A stretch of DNA of 64,000 nt from Candidatus Omnitrophota bacterium (GTDB taxonomy: Bacteria > Omnitrophota > Gorgyraeia > Pluralincolimonadales > Pluralincolimonadaceae). Positions 36,337 through 46,789 of the stretch are shown here, in pieces. Within the stretch, counting starts at the first letter, position 1. Every line of letters begins with the position of its first letter. The position numbers and the translations under genes were made by a program. The DNA is taken from positions 127,892 through 191,891 of the forward strand of contig JBAZJG010000002.1 of NCBI GenBank assembly GCA_041651455.1. Direction: 5' to 3'. The notes under the pieces are model-generated. The model was not told the origin of the DNA and made no database searches. It worked only from the letters and a program-made list of their open reading frames with translations.

Positions 36337-38628
36337 ATGAAAAAGTTCGCAGGTATTGCGCTATTGCTGGTCGCGGCACAACTGATGTTTGCGGCGCCTT
36401 CCTATTGCAAGGACGAAGCTGTTGCGCCCGTCATCAAATCCATCGCCGCTTCAACCGATTATAACAACAACCGCGTAGAAAAGGCCGCCGACGGAAAGCC
36501 GCTCACGCGCTGGGAGTCCGAATGGAAGGACAAACAGTGGGTGCAGGTCGAGTTCGAGGCGCCGGTAATACTCTACGGCATAGGGATCAAGTGGGAGACG
36601 GCCTCCGCGTTCCGCTATGCGGTCATGGGCTCGAACGACGGGGAGCTCTGGGCCACGCTCGCGATGGTCGAGGACGGCATCGAAGGCGAGGATATGAAGA
36701 TCAACTTCCAGAAACCCGCCGAATATAAATATGTGAAGATCGACTGCTACGACAGGGCCACGGCCTGGGGATTTTCGATATGGGAGATAGAGTTCAAGGC
36801 GGACAAGCCGTATAAGAGTTTGCCGAAGAGGCAGTCGATACCGAAGGGCAAGACGTTCTTCTCGGTGGAGCAGAAGGACGGGAAGTATTGGTTTTTCGGC
36901 CCTGACGAAAAACCATTCATATCTAAGGGCGTGAACGTCGTGCTGAGCAACGACGGCGCGGTCCTGCAGAATTCGCAGTATTACGACGTATCAAAGAACT
37001 ATAAGGACAACCAGGACTGGGCGAAGAGCGCGGTCAAGCGCCTCAAGAAATGGAAGTTTAATACCGTCGGGTGCTGGTCCGACGCGGCGACGTTCTATTA
37101 CGACATGCCGTTCACGACGATCCTGAACGTACCTTCCACGACCGACCACCGGCTCGTCGACGTGTTCGACCCGATGTTCGGCGAGAACGCCGACGCGGCC
37201 ACGGCGAGCAAGTGCAGGCGCTTCAGGGACGCTAAATACCTTCTCGGCTATTTCATCGATAACGAGCTTCCGTGGTACGGCGATGTCGGCTGGCACACGG
37301 GCCACGCGCCGCTGCTCCTCGATGAATATTCGCGGCTGCCGGAAAATGCGCCGGGCTATATCAAGCTCGCGGAATTCCTGAAGGAGAAGTACGGCCTTAC
37401 GGTCGAGGAGTTCATGAAAGTGCGCGGAACGCAGGCGAGGGAGGCGCGCGAGCTCTTCGCGGGCGTCGTCGCCGAGGAATATTTCTCGGTCATAACCTCG
37501 TGCATAAGGAAGTACGACCCGAACCACCTGGTGCTCGGCGTGCGTTTCGCGGGAAGCGCGCCGGAAGGCGTGATCGCGGCATGCGGAAAATACTGCGATG
37601 TCATCTCGCTGAATTATTACTGCAAGAACATGAAGGTCGACAGGCAGCATATCGACAATTTCTATTTTATCGGGCAGAAGCCGCTGATGATAACGGAGTT
37701 CTCGTACCGCGCGATGGAGAACCGCAGCGGCGTCAAGAACAACAAGGGCGCCGACGTCACGGTCAAGACGCAGGCCGACAGGGCCGAGGGCTTCGACAAG
37801 TACGTTACGCAGATGATGGAGTTCCCGTACATGATCGGCTACCACTGGTTCCAGTATTTCGACCAGTCGCCGCAGGGGCGCAGTTTCGACGGGGAGAACA
37901 GCAATTACGGCATCGTCGATATCTATGACAAGGAATACGAGCTGCTGACCGCCTCGATGAAGAAACTGAACCCGAAAGCGGACACGATACACAAGAAGAC
38001 CGCGCTTGGTTACCCCGAAAAGGCCGTGAAGACGGGAGGATACGCGCCGGTCAATAATAAGGACGTGAAGCGCGAGGGCGCGCCGTTCTGCAATATCAGC
38101 GCCGTAAATACCGGGCGTATCGGCGTCTGGAAGGACGGCTCTTCGTCGGCGAAGCTGGTATTCGTCAGGGACCAGGCGGAGGACGGCGCGGCGCGGCTGA
38201 ATTGCGCTGTCGAGACCGGAAGCGGCTGGGGCTGCGGATTCGGCGTCCCGTGCGACGTGAAGACGAAGAACGACGACGGTTCGTTCGACCTGCAGGGATA
38301 TAAAGGCATAAGGATAAAGATGTCTGCCACCGAAGGGTTGCCGTTCTCGGTATTCCTGAACGAGTCCGGCGCCGACGAGATGGGCAAACCCGAATATAAA
38401 GGCGTCCGCGATTCCGACGGCGAGAGCTTTACCTCCGAGCCGAACAGCGGCGCGGGAAAGATAGAGGTGTTTGAATACCCGTTCGACCAGTTCATGCTGC
38501 GCTCCGTATACGGCAACCAGAGCGGCAACAGGACATTGGACCTGCAGGCAGTCCGTAACATCGACCTGTATTTTCCGGGCAACTCCGGCGACGGCGCCTG
38601 CGATATTTACGAGGTAACGCTATACTGA
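36337..38628 (+). CDS. Secreted clan GH-A (TIM-barrel) glycoside hydrolase with an N-terminal discoidin (F5/8 type C) carbohydrate-binding domain.
   Basis: 763 aa with a signal peptide. The N-terminal roughly 150 aa are discoidin-like. NEL acid/base (FIDNELPWYG) and TE nucleophile (MITEFSY) motifs. The GH family is not assignable here. Confidence 0.5.
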   Translation: MKKFAGIALLLVAAQLMFAAPSYCKDEAVAPVIKSIAASTDYNNNRVEKAADGKPLTRWESEWKDKQWVQVEFEAPVILYGIGIKWETASAFRYAVMGSNDGELWATLAMVEDGIEGEDMKINFQKPAEYKYVKIDCYDRATAWGFSIWEIEFKADKPYKSLPKRQSIPKGKTFFSVEQKDGKYWFFGPDEKPFISKGVNVVLSNDGAVLQNSQYYDVSKNYKDNQDWAKSAVKRLKKWKFNTVGCWSDAATFYYDMPFTTILNVPSTTDHRLVDVFDPMFGENADAATASKCRRFRDAKYLLGYFIDNELPWYGDVGWHTGHAPLLLDEYSRLPENAPGYIKLAEFLKEKYGLTVEEFMKVRGTQAREARELFAGVVAEEYFSVITSCIRKYDPNHLVLGVRFAGSAPEGVIAACGKYCDVISLNYYCKNMKVDRQHIDNFYFIGQKPLMITEFSYRAMENRSGVKNNKGADVTVKTQADRAEGFDKYVTQMMEFPYMIGYHWFQYFDQSPQGRSFDGENSNYGIVDIYDKEYELLTASMKKLNPKADTIHKKTALGYPEKAVKTGGYAPVNNKDVKREGAPFCNISAVNTGRIGVWKDGSSSAKLVFVRDQAEDGAARLNCAVETGSGWGCGFGVPCDVKTKNDDGSFDLQGYKGIRIKMSATEGLPFSVFLNESGADEMGKPEYKGVRDSDGESFTSEPNSGAGKIEVFEYPFDQFMLRSVYGNQSGNRTLDLQAVRNIDLYFPGNSGDGACDIYEVTLY

Positions 38629-38651
38629 AAAGGGTCGCTGTCAACGACAAG

Positions 38652-39128
38652 ATGCAGCAGGGCTACACGTATTACCTGACTGCGCCGATGGGCAAGGGTT
38701 TCCATCCGGAGTTCAAGCCCGAGCTTACGCCTAAGGAGATGCTGCGGCTCGGCGTCTTCGGCGGGAAGTACATGACCGATTGCAGGAAGGAATTCCCGAG
38801 GGACTGGTTCGCGAGGGCCAAACTTTCGCCGAAGAAAAAAGATCCCTCGTTGAATTATTTCAAGGTCGACGCTTCACTGCCGCTGAAGGCCTGGCAGGAC
38901 AAGGGATGGATAAATCCCGACGACCCGCGCGGATGGTTCCAGTGGTATTGCAGGTATTACATGGGCCGCCGCCTCCCGGGCGAGGACGAACGCCAGATAA
39001 GAAGGTGGAAGGCGATCAGGCGCCATGTGATGGCGGTGAAGAAGAATTGCCCGCCGAAAGACCTCGGCTGCAGGCGCAAGCAGCGCCAGGCCCTTTTGCA
39101 CTGGGCCTACGATTCACGCAAAATATAG
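38652..39128 (+). CDS. Conserved hypothetical protein (WFQWYCRYYMGRR motif).
   Basis: 158 aa. The motif is vaguely familiar but cannot be assigned to a named family. Confidence 0.4.
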   Translation: MQQGYTYYLTAPMGKGFHPEFKPELTPKEMLRLGVFGGKYMTDCRKEFPRDWFARAKLSPKKKDPSLNYFKVDASLPLKAWQDKGWINPDDPRGWFQWYCRYYMGRRLPGEDERQIRRWKAIRRHVMAVKKNCPPKDLGCRRKQRQALLHWAYDSRKI

Positions 39129-39152
39129 GGAAAAAGGTTTCGCGATAATAGA

Positions 39153-39710
39153 ATGGATGGAAAAGAAGCGCGTATAGCCGCTTTCAGGCGGATAAGGGAT
39201 ATACCATATGCGATAGTCCCCGCGATGCGCGACCCCGCGACCGGGCCGGGCATGATGCTTAGGGAGAACCGCGGCTCGTGCAACCCGAAGCACGTGCTTC
39301 TTGCGGAAGAGCTCAGGAAGCTCGGTCTCAAGGTCAGGTACGCAAATTATGCTTTCTACTGGGACGACCCTGCGGTAAAATATCCTCCGGAACTAAGGGC
39401 CCTGACGAAGAAGATGCCTGCAGGCAACCATCTCGCGGTCAAGGCGTTTATCGGCGGCAAATGGGTGCTGGTCGACGCGACATGGGACCTTCCGCTGGAA
39501 AAGGCCGGTTTCCCGGTGAACGCGGATTGGGACGGCGTAAGCGATACGAAGAATGCCGTGACGCCGTTAAATGAAGTGCTTAACGAGACGATAGAAGAGC
39601 GGGTCAAATATGATACCGCCCTGCGCTCGAAATATACCGAAGAGCAGAGGACGGCGTATGCGGAGTTTGTGGAGAAGCTGAACAACTGGCTGGAGGTGGT
39701 CCGTGCATAA
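39153..39710 (+). CDS. Transglutaminase-like cysteine-peptidase-fold protein.
   Basis: 185 aa with a Cys-His-Asp arrangement (GSCNPKH...[21 protein letters not shown]). Confidence 0.55.
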   Translation: MDGKEARIAAFRRIRDIPYAIVPAMRDPATGPGMMLRENRGSCNPKHVLLAEELRKLGLKVRYANYAFYWDDPAVKYPPELRALTKKMPAGNHLAVKAFIGGKWVLVDATWDLPLEKAGFPVNADWDGVSDTKNAVTPLNEVLNETIEERVKYDTALRSKYTEEQRTAYAEFVEKLNNWLEVVRA

Positions 39711-40713
39711 GCAACCTGTCCCCAAACGACACGTCCCCATCTTGTTTTTGTTGGTTATTTTCGGAGGATGCATGGCAAGTTCAGATGCGGCAGCCGTCAA
39801 GGTCCCTATATATGACGCGAAGGCGGGCGCGGTAAAAGAGATGCTGAAGGTCGACAGGCCCAATTCCGAATGGAAGAACGTGCTGACTCCCGAGCAGTAC
39901 AGGGTGACGCGGCAGAGGGGCACGGAAAAGCCCTCGGGCGGTGTTTGCGAGACGCCCAAAGAAGACGGGCTGTATGAATGCGTCTGCTGCGGCACGGACC
40001 TTTTCGGGGCGTCGACGAAATTCGAGTCGGGAACGGGCTGGCCGAGTTTTTGGACGCCGGTCGCCCCGATCAATATCGTCCTGCAGGAAGACATAGATTT
40101 CGGGATGGAGCGCGTCGATGTCATCTGCGCCCGTTGCGGCGCGCACTTGGGCCATGTTTTCGACGATGGGCCTATGCCGACCGGCAAGCGCTATTGCATA
40201 AACGGGGTCGCGTTGAAATTCGTCAAGGGGCCGTACAAGCCCGCGCAGCTCGCGATATTCGCCGCGGGTTGTTTCTGGGGAGTCGAGGAATCCTTCAGGA
40301 CGCTCAACGGCGTAATATGGACGAGGGCCGGTTACACCGGCGGGAATTTCAAGAACCCGACATACCAGGATGTCTGCAGCCACAAGACGGGACACGCGGA
40401 GGCGGTACAGGTGTTGTTCGACCCGTCGGTAATAACGTACAGCCAGCTGCTCGACGTATTCTGGAAGATACACGACCCGACGGCCGTGAACAGGCAGGGA
40501 GCCGATATCGGGTCGAATTACAGGTCCGCGATATTCTACCGGAACTGGGAACAGGAGAAACTCGCGAAGGAATCGAGGGACCGCCTCGAGAAGTCGGGGA
40601 AGCTGAAGGGTAAGATCGCGACGCAGATAACGAAGGCGGGCGTCTTTTACCCTGCCGAAGAATACCACCAGCAGTATATCTTGAAGCATAACCTTCCGCC
40701 ACAGTGCCATTAA
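39703..40713 (+). CDS. msrAB: Secreted bifunctional peptide methionine sulfoxide reductase MsrB-MsrA.
   Basis: 336 aa with a signal peptide. MsrB Zn and catalytic motifs (CVCCGTDLF...[12 protein letters not shown]...RYCING). MsrA GCFWG. Confidence 0.85.
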   Translation: MHKQPVPKRHVPILFLLVIFGGCMASSDAAAVKVPIYDAKAGAVKEMLKVDRPNSEWKNVLTPEQYRVTRQRGTEKPSGGVCETPKEDGLYECVCCGTDLFGASTKFESGTGWPSFWTPVAPINIVLQEDIDFGMERVDVICARCGAHLGHVFDDGPMPTGKRYCINGVALKFVKGPYKPAQLAIFAAGCFWGVEESFRTLNGVIWTRAGYTGGNFKNPTYQDVCSHKTGHAEAVQVLFDPSVITYSQLLDVFWKIHDPTAVNRQGADIGSNYRSAIFYRNWEQEKLAKESRDRLEKSGKLKGKIATQITKAGVFYPAEEYHQQYILKHNLPPQCH

Positions 40714-40752
40714 ATATGATATAATATTCGTCAAAATCAAAGGAGCCCCGCA

Positions 40753-42102
40753 ATGGACAACGAAAGAGTGATTTTGCCGTTAAATGATATCCCGAAGGCC
40801 TGGTACAATATCATGCCCGACCTCCCTGAACAGCTTCCTCCCCCTCTGAATCCGCAGACGGGAAAGCCCCTCGGGCCCGCGGACTTAGCACCCATATTCC
40901 CGATGTCATTGATAGAGCAGGAGATGAGCAGCCAGCGTTGGATAGATATCCCCGACGAGGTCCTTGATGTTTATAAGATCTACAGGCCGACGCCGCTGAA
41001 GAGGGCGGTCCGGCTCGAAAAAGCGCTGAAGACGAATTGCAGGATATATTATAAGGATGAGAGCGTATCGCCCGCCGGAAGCCATAAGCTGAATACCGCC
41101 ATCGCGCAGGCGTATTATGATAAAAAAGAGGGCGTAAAACGCATCTCGACGGAGACCGGGGCGGGGCAGTGGGGTTCCGCGCTTTCTTTCGCGTGCAATA
41201 TCCTCGGGCTCAAGTGCACCGTCTATATGGTCAAGGCGAGCTATTTCCAGAAGCCGTACCGCAAGTCCCTGATGCACGTCTGGGGCGCGGAGGTCTTCCC
41301 GTCGCCGACGAACAAGACGAACTCCGGGCGCGCGGCGCTCGCGGAGGACCCCGAAACGCCGGGCAGCCTCGGCATTGCGATATCGGAAGCGGTCGAGGAC
41401 GCGGCCACGCACGATGACACGAAATATTCCCTCGGGAGTGTGCTGAACCACGTGCTGACGCACCAGTCGGTCATCGGCCTTGAGACGAAGAAGCAGCTGG
41501 AGCTCATAGGCGAGAAACCGGACACGCTGATCGCCTGCGTCGGCGGCGGCAGCAACTTCGCGGGATTCGCTTTCCCGTTCGTTCCGGAGAAGCTGAAGGG
41601 CAAGGGCATAAGGATAATAGCGGTCGAACCGACGGCCTGCCCGTCGCTTACGAAGGGCGAGTACCTTTACGATTACGGCGATACGGGAAAGCTTACGCCG
41701 CTCGTTAAGATGTATACGCTCGGCCACAGCTTCATTCCCGCGGGCATACATGCGGGCGGGCTCAGGTACCACGGTGTCGCGCCGCAGGTGTCGCTGCTGG
41801 CGAGGAAGAAGGTAATAGAAGCGAAGGCGTTCTCGCAGAACCCGGTATTCGAGGCGGCGATAATGTGGGCGAGGACCGAAGGGTTCCTGCCGGCGCCGGA
41901 GACATCGCACGCGATACGCTGCGCGATAGACGAGGCGAAGAAGAACGACAAGAAGGTCATCGTCTTCAATTACAGCGGCCACGGACATTTCGACCTCTCC
42001 GCATATGACGCTTATCTCGAAGGGAAGCTCGAGGATTACGAGCATCCGGAAGAGAAGATAAAAGAGGCGATAAAGAAGATTCCGGAGATAGGTAACGCAT
42101 GA
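40753..42102 (+). CDS. trpB: TrpB2-type tryptophan-synthase-beta-like PLP enzyme.
   Basis: 449 aa. TGAGQWGSA, the PLP-Lys region GSHKLNTA and the CVGGGSN glycine-rich loop. The long N-terminus is typical of TrpB2. Confidence 0.75.
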   Translation: MDNERVILPLNDIPKAWYNIMPDLPEQLPPPLNPQTGKPLGPADLAPIFPMSLIEQEMSSQRWIDIPDEVLDVYKIYRPTPLKRAVRLEKALKTNCRIYYKDESVSPAGSHKLNTAIAQAYYDKKEGVKRISTETGAGQWGSALSFACNILGLKCTVYMVKASYFQKPYRKSLMHVWGAEVFPSPTNKTNSGRAALAEDPETPGSLGIAISEAVEDAATHDDTKYSLGSVLNHVLTHQSVIGLETKKQLELIGEKPDTLIACVGGGSNFAGFAFPFVPEKLKGKGIRIIAVEPTACPSLTKGEYLYDYGDTGKLTPLVKMYTLGHSFIPAGIHAGGLRYHGVAPQVSLLARKKVIEAKAFSQNPVFEAAIMWARTEGFLPAPETSHAIRCAIDEAKKNDKKVIVFNYSGHGHFDLSAYDAYLEGKLEDYEHPEEKIKEAIKKIPEIGNA

Positions 42103-42127
42103 GGGTGTCCCCTTGGAGGATGGCTCC

Positions 42128-44479
42128 GTGATATATAAGTTCATAGACGATAACGGGACGTTTACGGTAAAGGACCCGCAGAGGTTCAGCCTGTATTTTC
42201 CGCTGACGGACAGGGACGGGAGGATACTGAGCTCGATAAGCCCGAACCTCGGCGGGGACATAAAGCGCGATAACGACCGCTTCCTGACGCCGCCCGCGAG
42301 CATAGAGGACATCCGCAACAACCTCTTCTGCCGCCGCGATTTTTTCCTGAAGGCAGGCGGCCATGTGATACGGCTGTCATACCCGCACGACGACGTGCTC
42401 GAGGCAGGGTTCCTCTACCATAAAGTGACGAAGAGGACGTCGGGCCTGAAGATCGAGATACTGAATTTCGTCCCGTTCGACATGCCCGTGGAAGTGATGC
42501 AGGTGCGCGTCACGAACTTCAGCGGCAAGGACATGGATATCACGCCGACCTCGTTCATCCCGTTATTCGGCCGCAGCGAGAAGAACATCCGCGACCACAG
42601 GCATGTAAGCTCCCTGCTCAACCGCGTCGAGCTCGACAGGCACGGGATATTCCTGAAGCCCACGATGATATTCGACGAGAAGGGCCACATGGAGAACAGG
42701 ACGCAGTATTTTGTCCTCGGATACGAGGGGAGCGGCAAGGCGCCCGTTGGCCAGTACCCGGCACTCGGGATGTTCTACGGCGAGGGGGACATGATATTCC
42801 CAGACGCGATATATAAGCTCGTCGTGCCGGCGACGAGGAAAACGCCGGACTTCGACGGGAAAGAGGCCTGCGGCGCGTTCAGGTTCTCGCGCCGTATATT
42901 AAAGAAGGGCGCTTCCGCGGATTATTGCCTGGTCATGGGCATCGAGGAGAATAAGAGCGCCGCGCTGAAATATTTCCGAAAGCTTAATACGCCCGCGAAA
43001 GTCGCCAAGAGCCTTATCGCCACGAAAAAATACTGGCGCAACTACCTTTCGAAGCCCACGCTAAAATTCAAGGACGGCGATTACAATAACTGGCTGCTCT
43101 GGGTCAAGCTGCAGCCGACGCTGCGCAAGTTGTTCGGATGCTCGTTCCTCCCGCATTTTGATTACGGCAAAGGCGGCCGCGGCTGGCGCGATATCTGGCA
43201 GGATGCGCTGACACTTTTATTGACTGAGCCGAAGAAGGCAAAGGATTTCATATTCGGAAGTTTCAGCGGTGTCCGGCTCGACGGTTCGAACGCGACGATA
43301 ATAACGAAAGACGGCAGGTTCATCGCCGACCGCAACAGGATAAGCCGCGTATGGATGGACCACGGCATCTGGCCGTACCTTACGACGCGCCTATACGTGA
43401 ACAAGACCGGCGATATCGGTTTCATGCTCAGGGACGCGGAGTATTTCCGCGACCACCAGCTTAAGCGCGCGAAAGAGGCGGACAAGGCGTTCAGCCAGGC
43501 GGATTTCATCCAGCGCGACAGCTCCGGCAAGGTATACAAGGGAAGCGTGCTCGAGCACCTGCTGGTGCAGAACCTCGTGCAGTTCTTCAATGTCGGCGAG
43601 CATAACGTGATACGCCTCGAGAACGCCGACTGGAACGACGGGCTCGACATGGCTTCCGACAGGGGCGAGAGCGTCACGTTCAGCTTCATGTATGCGCACA
43701 ACCTCTGGGACATCTGCTCTATCCTCGAAAAGATGAAACAGGAACACGAAAAAGTAAAGGTCCTCGTTGAACTCCTGCCGCTGCTCGACAGCATGAGCTC
43801 GCCGGTTGATTACGGCGACTACAGGCAGAAGCAGAAACGGCTCGATGAATATATGGAGTCGGTGAAGGGCATAAGCGGGCAGAAGGTGGAGGTCGATATA
43901 GACGGGCTCATCAAAGACCTGCGCAAGAAGGCGGACCACATGTTCGCGTGGCTCGGAGAAAAGGAATGGATGCCGTCCGCGGGCTTCTTCAACGGTTATT
44001 ACGACAACAACGGCCGCCGCGTCGAAGGGAAAAACAAAGGCCATGTCAGGATGAAACTGCAGTCGCAGGTATTCGCGATAATGAGCGGCGGCGCCACCGA
44101 CGAACAGATAGCCGTGATATGGGCCTCGATAAAGAAGCATCTTAAGGACAGGCGCCTCGGAGGTTTCCGCCTCAGTACGGATTTCAAGTCGCTCTATATG
44201 GAACTCGGCCGCGCGTTCGGGTTCGCCTACGGCGACAAGGAGAACGGCGCGTTCTTCAACCACATGGTCGTGATGCTCGCGAACGCCCTTTACAAAAGGG
44301 GCTTCAAGAAAGAGGGCAAGGAAGTCCTCGACTCGATATACAAGATGGCGACCAGCGACAGGGCGCGCATCTATCCGATGATACCGGAATATTTCAATAA
44401 CGAGGGCCGCGGGCTTTACCTGTATCTGACCGGTTCCGCGAGCTGGTATATCTATACGCTTATAGAGGAAGTCCTGTGA
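42128..44479 (+). CDS. Glycoside hydrolase/phosphorylase of the (alpha/alpha)6-barrel superfamily (GH94/GH65-like).
   Basis: About 783 aa. The listed ORF starts at TTG 42113. GTG 42128 has a perfect GGAGGA RBS 6 nt upstream and is preferred. Size and N-terminal pattern resemble cellobiose/chitobiose-phosphorylase-type enzymes. Family assignment is tentative. Confidence 0.4.
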   Translation: MIYKFIDDNGTFTVKDPQRFSLYFPLTDRDGRILSSISPNLGGDIKRDNDRFLTPPASIEDIRNNLFCRRDFFLKAGGHVIRLSYPHDDVLEAGFLYHKVTKRTSGLKIEILNFVPFDMPVEVMQVRVTNFSGKDMDITPTSFIPLFGRSEKNIRDHRHVSSLLNRVELDRHGIFLKPTMIFDEKGHMENRTQYFVLGYEGSGKAPVGQYPALGMFYGEGDMIFPDAIYKLVVPATRKTPDFDGKEACGAFRFSRRILKKGASADYCLVMGIEENKSAALKYFRKLNTPAKVAKSLIATKKYWRNYLSKPTLKFKDGDYNNWLLWVKLQPTLRKLFGCSFLPHFDYGKGGRGWRDIWQDALTLLLTEPKKAKDFIFGSFSGVRLDGSNATIITKDGRFIADRNRISRVWMDHGIWPYLTTRLYVNKTGDIGFMLRDAEYFRDHQLKRAKEADKAFSQADFIQRDSSGKVYKGSVLEHLLVQNLVQFFNVGEHNVIRLENADWNDGLDMASDRGESVTFSFMYAHNLWDICSILEKMKQEHEKVKVLVELLPLLDSMSSPVDYGDYRQKQKRLDEYMESVKGISGQKVEVDIDGLIKDLRKKADHMFAWLGEKEWMPSAGFFNGYYDNNGRRVEGKNKGHVRMKLQSQVFAIMSGGATDEQIAVIWASIKKHLKDRRLGGFRLSTDFKSLYMELGRAFGFAYGDKENGAFFNHMVVMLANALYKRGFKKEGKEVLDSIYKMATSDRARIYPMIPEYFNNEGRGLYLYLTGSASWYIYTLIEEVL

Positions 44480-45339
44480 AAAAGGAATACCTGGTATTCG
44501 TCTCGATAATCGTGGTGATAGCCGCGCTTGCCGTCATCGGCAGGTCGCTTATTACCGGTTTCGCGATAAAACAGATCAAGGGCGCTTTCCCTGAATACAA
44601 GGTTGCGGTAGGGAATGCCGAGATAAAGAGCATCGACCTGATCTCTTTCAGTGATATATATATCGCCAAAGGCGACACTAACAGGTATAAAATCAAGGAA
44701 CTTGATATAAGGGTCACTCCGCTGACCCCGTTCAGCAGGACGATCCCGAAAGTATCGGTCGACGGATGCAGTATAGTCGTGTCTTCCCCGAAGGGGAAGC
44801 TCAAGGAGCTCGCACAGCTTCCGAAGACGAAGGCGGGCCCGATGTTCATAATCGAGTCGCTCGAGATAAACGACCTCGTCCTTGAGATACATACGGCCGA
44901 TTTCGACACGACGGCCCTCATCCGGGCTAACGCGGCCATCGGTAAAGACATCTCGTACGACGCGGTCGTGAAACTGGAGAAGATAAACCTGGGCCTCCTC
45001 GCGAAGATACTCGGTGCGGGGGAGAAGGTCGATATAAGCGGGAAGATGGGCGGCGAGATATCGCTGAGCGGCAAGGACTTCAGGATAGACGCGATAAAAG
45101 GCGAGTTCAAGGCGATAGATCCCGGCGGCACCGTGATAATAAAGGACGAGGAGTTCATAAATACGCTGGCAAGGCAATCGAAACAGCCGGTGGAGATGAT
45201 ACGAGACAGCTTCAAATTTTATAATTATACGAGCGGGACGCTGTCGGTATCGAAGGACAAAGACGCGATATTGCTGCACCTGTTGATGGAAGGATTACAG
45301 GGAAAGAGGGACCTTACGATAGCATTGCACGGATTCTAA
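44476..45339 (+). CDS. Membrane-anchored hypothetical protein (possibly a YdbH/AsmA-like fragment) upstream of YdbL.
   Basis: 287 aa with an N-terminal transmembrane helix. No motif recognised. Confidence 0.4.
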   Translation: MKKEYLVFVSIIVVIAALAVIGRSLITGFAIKQIKGAFPEYKVAVGNAEIKSIDLISFSDIYIAKGDTNRYKIKELDIRVTPLTPFSRTIPKVSVDGCSIVVSSPKGKLKELAQLPKTKAGPMFIIESLEINDLVLEIHTADFDTTALIRANAAIGKDISYDAVVKLEKINLGLLAKILGAGEKVDISGKMGGEISLSGKDFRIDAIKGEFKAIDPGGTVIIKDEEFINTLARQSKQPVEMIRDSFKFYNYTSGTLSVSKDKDAILLHLLMEGLQGKRDLTIALHGF

Positions 45340-45350
45340 AGGAGGATAAG

Positions 45351-45917
45351 ATGAAGAACAGGATAGCGGTGCCGGTAACGGCGCTTCTCGTGATTTTAGT
45401 GATGGGCTGCGCGTCGGTGCAGGTAAAGGCGCCCAAGGACCCGATAAAGGTCGATATAACGATGCGGCTTGATGTCTACCAGCATGTCGAGAAGGACATC
45501 GACAGCATAGAAGACATCGTATCCGGAAAGAGCACGCCGAAGCCGAAAGGCGGCATGCAGTTGAATTTCCTTATGGCGAACGCTTATGCTGAGGACGGGC
45601 TTTCGGCGGATGTCGAGCAGGCCGCGCTGAGGCGCAGGGACAGGAAGGATGAGCTGGTGTCGTGGGAGCAGAAAGGCGTCTTAGGCGAGAACGCCATGGG
45701 CCTGGTCGAAGCAAGGTCGGGGCAGGCTCCCGGAGGGCTGGTCGATTCCGAGAACGCCGACAGGATGATAATATACAAGGGGATAGCTAAAAAGAACGGG
45801 ACCTCGGTCGAGGACGTCCAGAAGATATATGCTGTCCGTCTCCACGAGGACGCCCCTTCGGGGACGCCGATAGAGGTCATCGCCGCGGCAGGAAACCGCG
45901 TCTGGAAGACGAAATAA
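45351..45917 (+). CDS. ydbL: YdbL-family (DUF1318) lipoprotein.
   Basis: 188 aa with lipobox VMGC. ALRRRDRKDELVSWEQKGVLGENAMGLVE is the DUF1318 signature. Confidence 0.6.
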   Translation: MKNRIAVPVTALLVILVMGCASVQVKAPKDPIKVDITMRLDVYQHVEKDIDSIEDIVSGKSTPKPKGGMQLNFLMANAYAEDGLSADVEQAALRRRDRKDELVSWEQKGVLGENAMGLVEARSGQAPGGLVDSENADRMIIYKGIAKKNGTSVEDVQKIYAVRLHEDAPSGTPIEVIAAAGNRVWKTK

Positions 45918-46142
45918 TTGAAGATAGCGGTAAAGGTCAAGGCCGGCTCCAGCAGGGAGAAGGTCGAGAAGGCGGATGACGGAAGCTATGCGGTATGGGT
46001 GCGGGCTAAGCCGACCGACGGCAAGGCGAATGAGGCGGTAATAAAGGCCCTTGCCGCGCATTTTGATATCGCGAAATCCAATATAACGTTATTGACGGGC
46101 CATACATCCAAACTTAAACTATTTGATATATGTTTAAACTAG
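45918..46142 (+). CDS. DUF167/YggU (UPF0235) family protein.
   Basis: 74 aa. KVKAGSSREKV...KPTDGKANEAVIKALA is the typical DUF167 pattern. Confidence 0.6.
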   Translation: MKIAVKVKAGSSREKVEKADDGSYAVWVRAKPTDGKANEAVIKALAAHFDIAKSNITLLTGHTSKLKLFDICLN

Positions 46143-46789
46143 TAATATTCGATATAGACGGCACCATAGTCAATGCCTACGATGCGATAGAGAAGAGCAT
46201 CAACTATACCCTTAAAAAGCTCGGGTACCCGAAGGCGAAGATGGCCGTCGTGAAACGGCTGGTGGGCCACGGGGACAGGAACTTCGTCGAGCAATTCGTC
46301 GGCCGGAAGGACGTCGAAGAGGGGCTGAAGCTCTACCGCCTTCACCACGAGAAAGCCCTGTTGAAGCACTCGAAGGTAATACCCGGGGCGAGGCGCCTCC
46401 TGGCCGGCCTTAAGAAGTCCGGATATAAGCTGGCGATTGCGAGCAACAGGCCCCCGAATTACAGTATCATATTGCTGAAACATCTCGACTTGCTCAAGTA
46501 TTTCGACGCGGTCGAATGCGCGAGGGATAAGAGCGAGATAAAGCCGAAGCCCTTCCTCATACCGAAGATACTGAAAAAGCTCGGGATCAAAAAAAGCGAG
46601 GCACTTTACGTGGGTGATATGACGGTAGATGTCCATGCCGGCCATAACGCGGGCGTAAAGGTGGTGGCGGTCCTCGGCGGATCATCGTCCCACTCGGAGC
46701 TGAAACAGGCGCGGCCCTGCGGGATAACCCGCAAGATATCGGGCCTGCTGCATGTGGCAAAAAAATGCCGAACGAAAACATACTCATAG
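46130..46789 (+). CDS. HAD-superfamily hydrolase (phosphoglycolate phosphatase-like).
   Basis: 219 aa. Motif I FDIDGT, motif II S in IASN and motif III/IV ...K...GDMTVD. Confidence 0.7.
   Translation: MFKLVIFDIDGTIVNAYDAIEKSINYTLKKLGYPKAKMAVVKRLVGHGDRNFVEQFVGRKDVEEGLKLYRLHHEKALLKHSKVIPGARRLLAGLKKSGYKLAIASNRPPNYSIILLKHLDLLKYFDAVECARDKSEIKPKPFLIPKILKKLGIKKSEALYVGDMTVDVHAGHNAGVKVVAVLGGSSSHSELKQARPCGITRKISGLLHVAKKCRTKTYS

Noticed and set aside
36991-37992. A 333-aa minus ORF inside the glycoside hydrolase gene.
   Set aside because: Antisense to a well-supported + strand gene. Arg-rich composition typical of GC-rich shadow frames.
40906-42321. A 471-aa minus ORF, plus 39781-40740 (319 aa) on the minus strand.
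   Set aside because: Antisense to trpB2 and msrAB, both of which have unambiguous catalytic motifs. No motifs in the shadows.
44452-45279. A 275-aa minus ORF, plus 43391-44263 (290 aa) on the minus strand.
   Set aside because: Antisense to + strand genes. Composition-driven.
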